Assembly: GCF_001644705.1 (NCBI RefSeq)
Contig: NZ_CP015137.1
Span: 2,220,001 to 2,252,000 of the forward strand
Source of the DNA: Dickeya solani IPO 2222
GTDB lineage: Bacteria; Pseudomonadota; Gammaproteobacteria; Enterobacterales; Enterobacteriaceae
Reading direction: 5' to 3'
Length of the DNA stretch: 32,000 bases
Position numbers and translations under genes: made by a program. Under the pieces are notes generated by a model. The model worked only from the letters and a program-made list of their open reading frames with translations. It made no database searches and was not told the origin of the DNA. Below are positions 1 through 8,216 of the stretch, piece after piece (positions within the stretch are counted from its first letter, which is position 1; the number at the start of each line of letters is the position of its first letter).

Positions 1-345
1 CTGCACGCGGGCCTGGATATCAGCCTTGGACATACGGGTATTCTCCAGGCCGAAAGAGAGATTCTGTGTCACCGTCATGTGCGGGTAGAGGGCGTAAGAC
101 TGGAACACCATCGCGATACCGCGATCGCTTGACGAAACCTGCGTGACGTCATTGCCGCCAATGGCAATGGTACCGGACGTGCAGTCTTCAAGACCGGCTA
201 TCAACCTGAGCAACGTCGATTTTCCGCAACCGGAGGGGCCGACGAAAACCACAAACTCGCCGTCTTTAACATCAAGGTCGACACCCTTGATGATCTGCGT
301 GTTACCGAAGGATTTCGTGATATTTTTTAGCCTAAGTTGTGCCAT
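1..345 (-). CDS. ABC transporter ATP-binding protein, MalK/UgpC/MsiK-like (first 115 codons; gene runs off window start)
   Basis: Minus-strand translation from the ATG at complement 343-345 gives [67 protein letters not shown]...[16 protein letters not shown]. It has Walker [10 protein letters not shown] and the Q-loop region typical of sugar-type ABC ATPases. It is missing from the ORF track only because it has no stop inside the window. Confidence 0.9.
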   Translation of the reverse strand, partial: MAQLRLKNITKSFGNTQIIKGVDLDVKDGEFVVFVGPSGCGKSTLLRLIAGLEDCTSGTIAIGGNDVTQVSSSDRGIAMVFQSYALYPHMTVTQNLSFGLENTRMSKADIQARVQ

Positions 346-437
346 CAGATCGTTCCGTCCACCGCTCATTGTTGAGAGACGCGCTAGCCGATGTAAACCC
401 GATCGGCTACCGGAGTGGATGACATCATGACGGAGCT

Positions 438-470
438 TTATTTAGTTCGTCAATATGTCGAACTAAATAA
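438..470. promoter_or_regulatory. Perfect inverted repeat TTATTTAGTTCG-N9-CGAACTAAATAA; candidate operator between the ROK regulator gene and the ATPase gene
   Basis: The 12-bp arms at 438-449 and 459-470 are exact reverse complements. The repeat is AT-rich in a GC-rich genome and lies about 95-125 bp upstream of the ATPase start. A third half-site, ATTTAGTT, is at 516-523. Confidence 0.4.
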
Positions 471-682
471 TTAAAAAAATGTGACATCAGGCAGGAATGA
501 AGAAAATCACTTATAATTTAGTTGGTTATGATAGTTTTTTCTTATCACTACGTTGAGGGTCGCTGTCAGCAAGCGGTTCGATAGGGGGATATATCGGGCA
601 AGAAAAGCGTGTTTTCCCGCGTGACCTGGCGGTTGTCTCAACTCTGCCATGCCGGAGTGATTCTCCGACATGGCAGGTAGGA

Positions 683-1882
683 TCAGAGATGCTTCGGCAA
701 GGAGATCTGCCGCGATAACTCGGGTAAGCCAAAAAGATAATTATGTAATTTATTCAATGATATAGCAACGGATCCGGTGAGTACCGACTGTGACCCGAGG
801 GTACTGGACTTGAGCTGGATTGGGTGAGGCGAGCAATTGTTCAGGTAAAAACGAATGCGCTCGGTCAGTTCCGGGCGGATGCCAATATTACCGCCAATGA
901 TAATGCTTTCAGGGTCAAACATCAGTGACACCGACAGGACCAGTAAGGCTGCGGTACGGGCGGTTTCTTCGATGGTCACGATGGCGGCGGGCTCTTTGTC
1001 GGCGTAACGGCTTAGAATCTCCCGGACCGGCGTATTGGCGGCGCCGCCTGCAAAGTGGTAGCGCTTGCTGATGCCTGCGGCTCCCAGTACCGATTCCAGC
1101 GTCCCCTGACGTAGACTCTCTGACGTATAGGCATCGCCGCCCAGCGGCAGATAAGAGATCTCACCGGCCGCACCCATCGCGCCGCGCAGCAGAATCCCTT
1201 CCAGTATCAGCCCCAGACCAATCCCGGTACCCAGCGAAATGAAGGCCAGTGAGTGATCATCTTGCCCGCATCCCCGCCAGTATTCGCCGATGGCCGCGGC
1301 ATTGATGTCGTTTTCGATTAGCACTTCACAGCCGAAAGCCTGCTGCATGCTGTCTCGTAGCGCGAAGCCGCTCATATTTTTCAGGTTGGGCGCCATATCC
1401 AGCGTGCCGGTTTTCTGATTGATAACGCCGGGAATGGCGACGCTGACGCTGTGCAACTTGCGTTCGTCTATCTGTTGCTGAGCCAGCAAATCCTTTTTTA
1501 ACTGGCACAGGCGATTGACCAGGTTGATGCCGCCCGAGTTATCGTTTTCCTCTTCGTAATGCGCTATTTCGTTGCCGCGGAGGTTAACCAGACTCAGCCG
1601 GATGCTGGTGGCGCCGACATCCATACCCAGCACGTAAGCCAGATCGTCGGCGATCTCGTAATTCATGGCGGCGCGCCCGACCTTACCTGATTCGAGCCCA
1701 CAAGGGCGAACCCACCCCCGCTCTTCCAGGATCAGAATCACTTCAGACATGGTCTGCTTGGATAGCCTGGTCGCTTTCGCCATCGCCGCGCGGGATGCCG
1801 GTCCCGCATGCAGCAGGTACTCCATCACGGCACGGACGGATATCTGGCGAAGAACTGGAACATCAGTTTCTATTTCAATCAC
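683..1882 (-). CDS. ROK-family transcriptional regulator (N-terminal winged HTH plus sugar-kinase-like fold), zinc motif absent
   Basis: The 399-aa ORF has a GTG start. The N-terminus LRQISVRAVMEYLLHAGPASRAAMAKATRLSKQTMSEVILILEERGWV is a typical ROK-repressor HTH. It carries the DxGxT motif (LGMDVGATSIRL) and the ROK core FISLGTGIGLGLILEG...GAAGEISYL. Confidence 0.85.
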   Translation of the reverse strand: MIEIETDVPVLRQISVRAVMEYLLHAGPASRAAMAKATRLSKQTMSEVILILEERGWVRPCGLESGKVGRAAMNYEIADDLAYVLGMDVGATSIRLSLVNLRGNEIAHYEEENDNSGGINLVNRLCQLKKDLLAQQQIDERKLHSVSVAIPGVINQKTGTLDMAPNLKNMSGFALRDSMQQAFGCEVLIENDINAAAIGEYWRGCGQDDHSLAFISLGTGIGLGLILEGILLRGAMGAAGEISYLPLGGDAYTSESLRQGTLESVLGAAGISKRYHFAGGAANTPVREILSRYADKEPAAIVTIEETARTAALLVLSVSLMFDPESIIIGGNIGIRPELTERIRFYLNNCSPHPIQLKSSTLGSQSVLTGSVAISLNKLHNYLFGLPELSRQISLPKHL

Positions 1883-2054
1883 TTATTTGTTCTCAATCAT
1901 TCATCGGGACGGTATTGAATCAGGAAATGCGATCACCAGAGATGCCTGCATATTATGCAATAAAAGTGTTATCTCGCTCTCGTTTCTGTTCATCTACCAG
2001 AGAAAATTATTATTTGACTCATGGTTCATGTTGACGGTATTCACCGGAAAGGAT

Positions 2055-2084
2055 ATTAATTCGTCATGTTGATGAACTAATTAT
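2055..2084. promoter_or_regulatory. Imperfect AT-rich palindrome ATTAATTCGTCA-N6-TGAACTAATTAT in front of the ROK2-glycosidase-ABC operon; candidate operator
   Basis: The right arm TGAACTAATTAT resembles CGAACTAAATAA of the 438-470 repeat. It sits about 50-75 bp upstream of the 2132 start, where a promoter is expected. Confidence 0.3.
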
Positions 2085-2131
2085 AGCAGTTATTGATGGC
2101 AGTAATCCACGTCGGAGAAAAAGGACGTTAT

Positions 2132-3253
2132 ATGGCGAACTCGCAGCCACTTGGTAAAACTCTTGCAAACGCGCTTTCTCAGTTGGAGCGTCTGTCGCTG
2201 GAAACGACTTCCGGCTGGGCTGCCGCCCTCGATATTGCGCCGGGGAGTGTGCAGAAATTGATGAATTTTCTGGAAAAACAGCACATTATCCAGCAGAAAT
2301 CACAGGGTATTGAATTGCACCCGCAGTCGCCTGTGGTGATTGGTTTTGATCTGGGCGGCACAAAAGTCAATGGGCGGCTGACAACGTTGAGCGGCGAGAT
2401 ATTGGCGCACACGTCGCAGCCTACCGCTAAAGGCGATGAACAGGCGGCGCTGCAACAAATGTCGTCGCTGGCGCAGGCATTACTGCAACAGGCACATATC
2501 ACACCGAACCGCTTGAAACATGTCGCTATCGGTATTCCCGGTTCAATCGATAAACAACGCAATGTACAGCTTTCGCCTAACCTGCGTCTTCCTGCCCGCT
2601 TACCCAACCTGTTTTCTCTGCCTGATGGGCAGTCGTGCCCGGTGGTATTCGAAAATGACGTCAACCTGGCGGCATTGGGGGAATACCACTATGGGCATGG
2701 CAAAGGCAGCGACTCGCTGGTGTTTATCGCCTTCGGTACCGGTGTCGGTATGGGGATTATCACACAAGGCAGCATCATCAGCGGGCACAACGGTATGGCG
2801 GGGGAAATCGCCTTATTACCATTGAGCGCAACACCCTACGACGACGCCAGAATTTCCGTCGGCGGGGTGTTTGAAGATCGTGTCAGCAGCAGCGCGATTC
2901 GCCAGCGCTATCTGGGTGGAGAGACTGAGGTTATCGATATTTTCCGCCGTGCGGAACAAGGGGACGAGCAGGCGCGTACCGTGCTGGAACACACCGCACA
3001 GATTGCCGCGTTGGGCGTGGCTTCGGCCGTGAGTTTGCTTAATCCTGAATGGCTGGTGCTGGGCGGCGGAATTGGTGCGAGACCCGCGTTTCATGAGCGC
3101 GTTCGTCAGCATGTACAGACATTGCTGCCGGTGCCGGTTCAGTTGGTCGGCAGCGCCTTGCTGGATGAAGCGGGTGTGGTCGGGGCCGTGCATCTGGCCA
3201 GAGAACACTGCCTGGCCGCATTAGCCTGGCATGATGCGAGGGAAGCGATATGA
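2132..3253 (+). CDS. ROK-family protein (HTH plus kinase-like fold), second paralogue, zinc motif absent
   Basis: The ORF track starts at 2093 (TTG). I prefer the ATG at 2132 because AAGGA lies 6 nt upstream. Motifs present: IGFDLGGTKVNG (DxGxT), FIAFGTGVGMGIITQG and GMAGEIALLPL. The stop overlaps the next gene's start in an ATGA at 3250-3253. Confidence 0.8.
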   Translation: MANSQPLGKTLANALSQLERLSLETTSGWAAALDIAPGSVQKLMNFLEKQHIIQQKSQGIELHPQSPVVIGFDLGGTKVNGRLTTLSGEILAHTSQPTAKGDEQAALQQMSSLAQALLQQAHITPNRLKHVAIGIPGSIDKQRNVQLSPNLRLPARLPNLFSLPDGQSCPVVFENDVNLAALGEYHYGHGKGSDSLVFIAFGTGVGMGIITQGSIISGHNGMAGEIALLPLSATPYDDARISVGGVFEDRVSSSAIRQRYLGGETEVIDIFRRAEQGDEQARTVLEHTAQIAALGVASAVSLLNPEWLVLGGGIGARPAFHERVRQHVQTLLPVPVQLVGSALLDEAGVVGAVHLAREHCLAALAWHDAREAI

Positions 3254-5007
3254 ACAGCAATAACATTTCGGTGTCGCCGTCAGAATGGGTATTGAAACCC
3301 CAGTTGGACGGACAACTGCTCAGCACTGCCGCGCCGTTACTGCCCTTTATGGCACGGCGCGTACAAGGGTCATTCTCTGCCGAAGAAGGCATCATGCAAC
3401 TGGCTCTGTGGGGCAGCGGCACGCTGGGACGTATTCATGTCGCGCCGTTTAGCGGGCCTTGTACCTTTGCACCCAATCGTCTGCTGAGCGAAAAACAAGG
3501 CTTTTATGTGGCGCAATCACAGCCTGTGGTGCTGCTCACTCAGACTACGTTCCTGCGCTTTTATCCGGCGAAAAGACGTGCCTGGTGGGATCAGCAGGCT
3601 GGACGGGCATTGCGTGATAAGCAAGGGACTCAGCAGCGTTGGGTACTGCCCTGGGGGGTAGTGATTGTCGAGCAACGCGATAACGATGTACTGATCGCCG
3701 CCGGTAACGATGACGCGGAAGCGTTGCGCGGTCTGTCGCTCAGCACCGAGCAGATCAGGCTGGAGGCGCAGCGTTATATCGATGACTGCGACCAGTTACC
3801 ACAGGCGCAACCGCTACTGCGTAGCATGGTGCAACAGAGTTTGCATGCTGCGTTGTCGAGCATCCGTTACGACCATACCGGGAAGTTCGCCGGGCTGGCG
3901 GCAGGGATGGACTACAGCGCCCCGGCTCGCACGTATTATCGCGACGGTTACTGGACGTTGCAGGCGTTGCTGCCGTTACAGCCGCAGATTGTGCTGGAGG
4001 AAATCCACCTGATGGCGGCAGGGTTGCAGCCGACCGGCGAAGCGCCGAGCGGGGTTATCCTCAATGGCCCCGGTTTGTCAGCCGCCTGGGAAGACGCACG
4101 ACGCCATAACCCCGCCGTCAAAGAAAACCACAGCCGTCCGCAAGACTGGTGGAGTGACCATTTTGACAGCCCGCTGTTCTTTATTCTGACGATTGCCGAC
4201 TACGTGCGGGTCACGGGGGATGTTTCTCCCTGCGAGCAGTACTGGCCGCAGATCGCCACCATCATTACACGTTACGAAGGCTTTATTCTCAATGAGGATG
4301 GCCTGCCGCAGAAACCGTCGCACAACGACCGGGACTGGGCGGATAACGTCTACCGTTTTGGCTACGTTGCCTACGATCTTGGCCTGTGGTTTGGCGCGGT
4401 TAACGCGGTGGCGCAATGGGCGGCAGAGCGCGATCCGGCGCTGGCGCAGCGTTGCACGCGCCTGGCGTCTCAGGCGTCCCGCCACCTTGATACCGCGTTA
4501 TTACAGCCGGATGGCCATTACGCGGATTATGGTCGTCCGGGGGAATTTATTGAAGACCACCTCACACTCGATAGCCTGACGTTGCTGCGCTACGGCGCGG
4601 TGGATGCCGGGCGTGCCGAGGCAGTGTTGCGTCGGGTTCAGGCCCGGTTGGAGAGTCGTCATAACAGTGAACAGCGTTATGGCGACTGGGGGGTGCTGTG
4701 TGCGTGGCCGCCGTTCAAACGCCGCAGCGATACACGTGCCAAGTCGGCCTTTGCCCTGCGTTATCACAATGGCTCTGACTGGCCTTATCTGGATGGGTTG
4801 TACGCCGATACGTTGTTGCAGTACGGCATACCGGGCAGTGAATACCCGCTGACGCGTTGGTGGATGACCTGTCTGGAACAGGGATGGGCCGGTGCGGTGG
4901 AGTACTTCTCACCGCCGTTTGGCCGGGGATCGTTATTACAGGGGTGGAGCAGTATGCCGGCTGCGGTGGTGATGAAGTATCGTCATCACTTTGACGGCGG
5001 ACAGTAA
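3250..5007 (+). CDS. Cytoplasmic (alpha/alpha)6-barrel glycoside hydrolase, GDE_C / amylo-alpha-1,6-glucosidase-like family
   Basis: The protein is 585 aa with no signal peptide. Its motif series fits the GDE_C/GH15-GH63-like fold: AGMDYSAPARTYYRDGYWTLQAL, RDWADNVYRFGYVAYDLGLWFGAV, YHNGSDWPYLDGLY and VEYFSP...LQGWSSMPA. A GAGGGA Shine-Dalgarno sequence precedes the start. Confidence 0.7.
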   Translation: MNSNNISVSPSEWVLKPQLDGQLLSTAAPLLPFMARRVQGSFSAEEGIMQLALWGSGTLGRIHVAPFSGPCTFAPNRLLSEKQGFYVAQSQPVVLLTQTTFLRFYPAKRRAWWDQQAGRALRDKQGTQQRWVLPWGVVIVEQRDNDVLIAAGNDDAEALRGLSLSTEQIRLEAQRYIDDCDQLPQAQPLLRSMVQQSLHAALSSIRYDHTGKFAGLAAGMDYSAPARTYYRDGYWTLQALLPLQPQIVLEEIHLMAAGLQPTGEAPSGVILNGPGLSAAWEDARRHNPAVKENHSRPQDWWSDHFDSPLFFILTIADYVRVTGDVSPCEQYWPQIATIITRYEGFILNEDGLPQKPSHNDRDWADNVYRFGYVAYDLGLWFGAVNAVAQWAAERDPALAQRCTRLASQASRHLDTALLQPDGHYADYGRPGEFIEDHLTLDSLTLLRYGAVDAGRAEAVLRRVQARLESRHNSEQRYGDWGVLCAWPPFKRRSDTRAKSAFALRYHNGSDWPYLDGLYADTLLQYGIPGSEYPLTRWWMTCLEQGWAGAVEYFSPPFGRGSLLQGWSSMPAAVVMKYRHHFDGGQ

Positions 5008-5059
5008 TCGCAGCGTAGTTTGACTGTGTGATGCAATAACATTGATCAGGAAACACATC

Positions 5060-6304
5060 ATGAAGAAAAAGACTGTTATCGCAGTACTGGCTGGTGCTAT
5101 GACGCTTGCATGTTCATCATTGCAGGCGGCCGAGTTGACGATCATGTGGTACGAGACGGATAAAAATGAATCCACCGTACTCAAGCAGCTACTGAATGAA
5201 TATACGCAGCAGCATCCACAGACCACCTTTAATCTGCAACTGGTTCCTTATGACAATGTGATCCAGAAATTCCGCCAATACGCAGCATCGGGTTCCGGTA
5301 TGCCGGACATCTCCAAAACGTCGTCGATGGAGGCAGTCATTCGCCCTTATCTGGTGGATTTAAATCAGTATTTTGGCAAAGACTACCTGAATCAGTACAT
5401 CAAAGGATGGGCGGACGGCGCCAGACTCGGTGATAAAGCGATAGCCGCCCCGCTGTATGTGACGTCCACCGGGCTGTTGCTGAATGCCGATGCCTTCAAG
5501 AAGGCGGGCGTGGCCCTGCCGGATGTGCAGACCGGCTGGACGTGGGAGGAGTTCCTGCCGAAGATTAAAGAGGTTGCACAGAAAGCCCATGTCCGTTATC
5601 CGCTGGTGTGGGACGTTTCCGCCAGCCGTTGGATCATCCACGAATACCATTATGGCAACCATGTTTTTTCCACCGAGCCGCCGTATAAAGTGGTGATGGA
5701 TAAACAGAAAGCGGCCAAAACGCTGGCGGATTTCGTGAAAATCGCCGATGACTACATGCCGCGCGGGCAGTGGTCAGGCTCCAGTTCGGATAACCCGAAA
5801 GAGCTGTTTATCGGAGGGCAGGCAGTGGCCTGGATGACCGGTAGCTGGCAGTTAAGCTCGCTGGCGCAGCGCGCCAAATTCAACTGGCGTGCCGGCTATA
5901 CCCCACGGGGTACGGTGAAATCCAGCGTGTACGGCGGCGAATACGTGGTGGCGTTCAACACCAGTAAACACCTCGATGAGTCTACCAGTGTGATCAAATG
6001 GCTGACTTCGCCTGATGTCCTGAAACGTCTTTCCGTACCGATCGGCATGATCCCGGCCACCTTGTCCGATGAGCCGGTGAAATATGAGGATCCGAAAATC
6101 AGCCAGGCGATGGCGCTGATGCAACATGAACTGGTGGAAAGCCCAGCTTATGCGGCGGCGGATCAGGCCAATGAAGCGATGCAGTTCGTCTGGGCACCAA
6201 TGAAAGACGCGGTTATGCAGGCGGTTACTCATCAGATAACGCCAGAGCAGGCCATCGAGAAAATCATGAAGGCTGCCCAGGATGGACTAGGGGCATCTCA
6301 ATGA
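5060..6304 (+). CDS. ABC transporter periplasmic sugar-binding protein (family 1 solute-binding protein)
   Basis: I chose the ATG at 5060 (AGGAA 7 nt upstream) over the TTG at 5042. The signal peptide is MKKKTVIAVLAGAMTLACSSLQA/AE. Size (~414 aa) and position ahead of two MalF/MalG-type permeases fit this call. Confidence 0.88.
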   Translation: MKKKTVIAVLAGAMTLACSSLQAAELTIMWYETDKNESTVLKQLLNEYTQQHPQTTFNLQLVPYDNVIQKFRQYAASGSGMPDISKTSSMEAVIRPYLVDLNQYFGKDYLNQYIKGWADGARLGDKAIAAPLYVTSTGLLLNADAFKKAGVALPDVQTGWTWEEFLPKIKEVAQKAHVRYPLVWDVSASRWIIHEYHYGNHVFSTEPPYKVVMDKQKAAKTLADFVKIADDYMPRGQWSGSSSDNPKELFIGGQAVAWMTGSWQLSSLAQRAKFNWRAGYTPRGTVKSSVYGGEYVVAFNTSKHLDESTSVIKWLTSPDVLKRLSVPIGMIPATLSDEPVKYEDPKISQAMALMQHELVESPAYAAADQANEAMQFVWAPMKDAVMQAVTHQITPEQAIEKIMKAAQDGLGASQ

Positions 6305-7248
6305 AAGTGATGAATCCGGAGCCGGCCAGTCTGGCAGTCATGTCGCAAGGTTCGGGAGTGTTTACTCGTCGTCTCAGGAAGTACTGGCCTTATTTGTTGA
6401 TATTGCCGTCGTTTGGGTTGTTGCTGTTGTTCACCTTCTATCCATTACTGCAAGGGTTTTGGATGTCGGTATTTCAACGCGGTGTGGTGGTGTTGCCTCA
6501 GGTCGCCAGCACGCAGCCTAAATTCGTCGGGATCGATAACTTTATCCAGGTATTTACTGACCCCGAATTTCAGCACGTGCTGCTGCGCACGGTGGTGTTT
6601 GTGGTATTTGCCGTGCCGCTTAATCTGGTCATCGCTCTGTGTATGGCGCTGTTGCTGGCGCCCCAGATGCGGGGATTCGGACTGGCGCGAACCATCGTCT
6701 TTTTCCCGTCGATGATAAGCCTGCTGACCATCGGCATCATGTGGAAATGGCTGTTTGGTTATAACTCTGGATTAATCAACTATGTACTGAGCCTGGTGGA
6801 TATCAGCCCGGTTCCCTGGCTACAACAAGAAACCATGGCGCAGATTGCGGTGGTGATTGTGTGGGTGTGGGCCAGCGCGGGCTTCAATATGATGATCCTG
6901 TTGGCGGGATTAACGGCCATTCCGGAGGATTTGTATGAGGCCTCCCGCATGGACGGAACCAGCCGCTGGCGCACCTTCTGGCGCATTACCCTGCCGCTGC
7001 TGCAACCCAGCGTGGTGGTCGTGGTGGTGCTGTCATCGATAGAAGCCTTCAAGGTCTACGAACTGGTGATTTCGCTGACGGGCGGTGGGCCGGGACGCGC
7101 CACCGTCTATCTGATTCAGACCATTTATGAAAACGCCTTCATGCAACCGGCGACAGCAGGGGTTGCAGCGGCACAATCGGTGGTGCTGTTCGTGATTTTG
7201 TTCGCGCTGTCGGTCATCCAACTTCGTCTGTCGAGGAGTTTCAAATGA
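6301..7248 (+). CDS. Carbohydrate ABC transporter permease (MalF/UgpA-like)
   Basis: The 315-aa protein has multiple hydrophobic segments and an EAA-type loop (EDLYEASRMDGTSRWRTFWRITLP). Its start overlaps the upstream stop in an ATGA. Confidence 0.9.
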   Translation: MKVMNPEPASLAVMSQGSGVFTRRLRKYWPYLLILPSFGLLLLFTFYPLLQGFWMSVFQRGVVVLPQVASTQPKFVGIDNFIQVFTDPEFQHVLLRTVVFVVFAVPLNLVIALCMALLLAPQMRGFGLARTIVFFPSMISLLTIGIMWKWLFGYNSGLINYVLSLVDISPVPWLQQETMAQIAVVIVWVWASAGFNMMILLAGLTAIPEDLYEASRMDGTSRWRTFWRITLPLLQPSVVVVVVLSSIEAFKVYELVISLTGGGPGRATVYLIQTIYENAFMQPATAGVAAAQSVVLFVILFALSVIQLRLSRSFK

Positions 7249-8063
7249 AGGGGTCATCTCTGCTGACGCGCTGGATAATCATTGGTTTCATGCTGCTGTT
7301 TTTCCTGTTGCCGCCAATCTGGATTTTTTCCAACGCGCTGAAGTCGGTCGATGAGATTTTCGCCTGGCCGCCATCGCTGTGGCCGCAAAACGTGACGCTG
7401 GAGAATTTTGTCGATGTGTTCGTCAACACCAACTTTGTTCATACGCTCGGCAACTCCTTTTTCGTTTCCGTCCTGTCATCGCTGCTGTCGGTAACGATAA
7501 GCGTCATGGCGGGCTACGCGTTGGCGAAGTTCCGGTTTCGGGGGGATACGCTGGTTTTCATGGTCATCATGTGTGCGCTGATGATCCCGCTGCAGATTAT
7601 CCTGATTCCGATTTTCCTGCTGCTGCGCGACTTGCATCTGCTCAATACGCTGTGGGGGGTGATTATCGCGCCGGCGGCGACGCCCACCGGGGTGTTCCTG
7701 ATGCGGCAGTATATCCGCAACATTCCTGACAGCCTGCTGGAAGCGGCGCGTCTGGAAGGCACCGGAGAGTGGCGAATCTTGTGGCGTATCGTGGTGCCGC
7801 TGTCGTTACCGGCAATCGCCACACTGGCGGCCTTTACCTTCGTCTGGCGTTGGAATGATTTTCTATGGCCGTTTCTGGTCATCAGCGATCAGAGCCAATG
7901 GACGGTGCAACTAGCGCTGGCCAGTAACGTCGGTCAGTTTGATATTAACTGGCCGCGCCTGTTAGCGATGTCGGCGATGGCGGTATTGCCGATGCTGGCG
8001 ATTTTCCTGACGCTACAACGCTATTTCATGAACGGATTGATGGCTGGCGCGACCAAGGAGTAA
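7245..8063 (+). CDS. Carbohydrate ABC transporter permease (MalG/UgpE-like)
   Basis: The 272-aa protein has the EAA loop DSLLEAARLEGTGEWRILWRIVVP. Its start overlaps the upstream stop in an ATGA. Confidence 0.9.
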   Translation: MKGSSLLTRWIIIGFMLLFFLLPPIWIFSNALKSVDEIFAWPPSLWPQNVTLENFVDVFVNTNFVHTLGNSFFVSVLSSLLSVTISVMAGYALAKFRFRGDTLVFMVIMCALMIPLQIILIPIFLLLRDLHLLNTLWGVIIAPAATPTGVFLMRQYIRNIPDSLLEAARLEGTGEWRILWRIVVPLSLPAIATLAAFTFVWRWNDFLWPFLVISDQSQWTVQLALASNVGQFDINWPRLLAMSAMAVLPMLAIFLTLQRYFMNGLMAGATKE

Positions 8064-8102
8064 GTGGCGTCCGCTTGATGCCTTGATGCAATGAAATGAA
8101 AT

Positions 8103-8134
8103 AAACCCGCACGCTACCAACGCGCGGGTTTATT
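8103..8134. terminator. Bidirectional rho-independent terminator between the convergent sugar-ABC operon and the carboxylase operon
   Basis: The stem is AAACCCGCACG / CGCGCGGGTTT (8103-8113 / 8121-8131; one central A.C mismatch) with a 7-nt loop. T-rich runs flank it on both strands. Confidence 0.7.
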
Positions 8135-8140
8135 GTATGC

Positions 8141-8216
8141 ATGTTTTATTGGACTGATGTTTTATTGGTGAATGTTTTACTGCTGAATGTTTTACTGCTG
8201 AATATTTTACCGGTTA
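8141..8216. repeat. Tandem array of five ~15-bp units (ATGTTTTAYTGSTGA consensus)
   Basis: Units: atgttttattggactg, atgttttattggtga, atgttttactgctga, atgttttactgctga, atattttaccggtta. The last unit contains the carboxylase stop codon (complement of TTA at 8214-8216). Confidence 0.9.

Noticed and set aside
143-430. 95-aa plus-strand ORF at the window start
   Set aside because: It is antisense to the clearly real MalK-like ATPase N-terminus and extends into its leader.
1908-2041. The 9-mer GACGGTATT repeated at 1908 and 2033 in the ROK1/ROK2 divergent region
   Set aside because: It is short enough to be chance, has no symmetry and does not recur elsewhere. I did not think it was sufficient to call a site.
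8141-8216. The tandem arrays at 8141-8216 and 16356-16437 as possible CRISPR arrays
   Set aside because: The repeats are directly contiguous with no spacers. The units are only 15 and 19 bp, there are only 4-5 copies, and there are no cas genes or leader.
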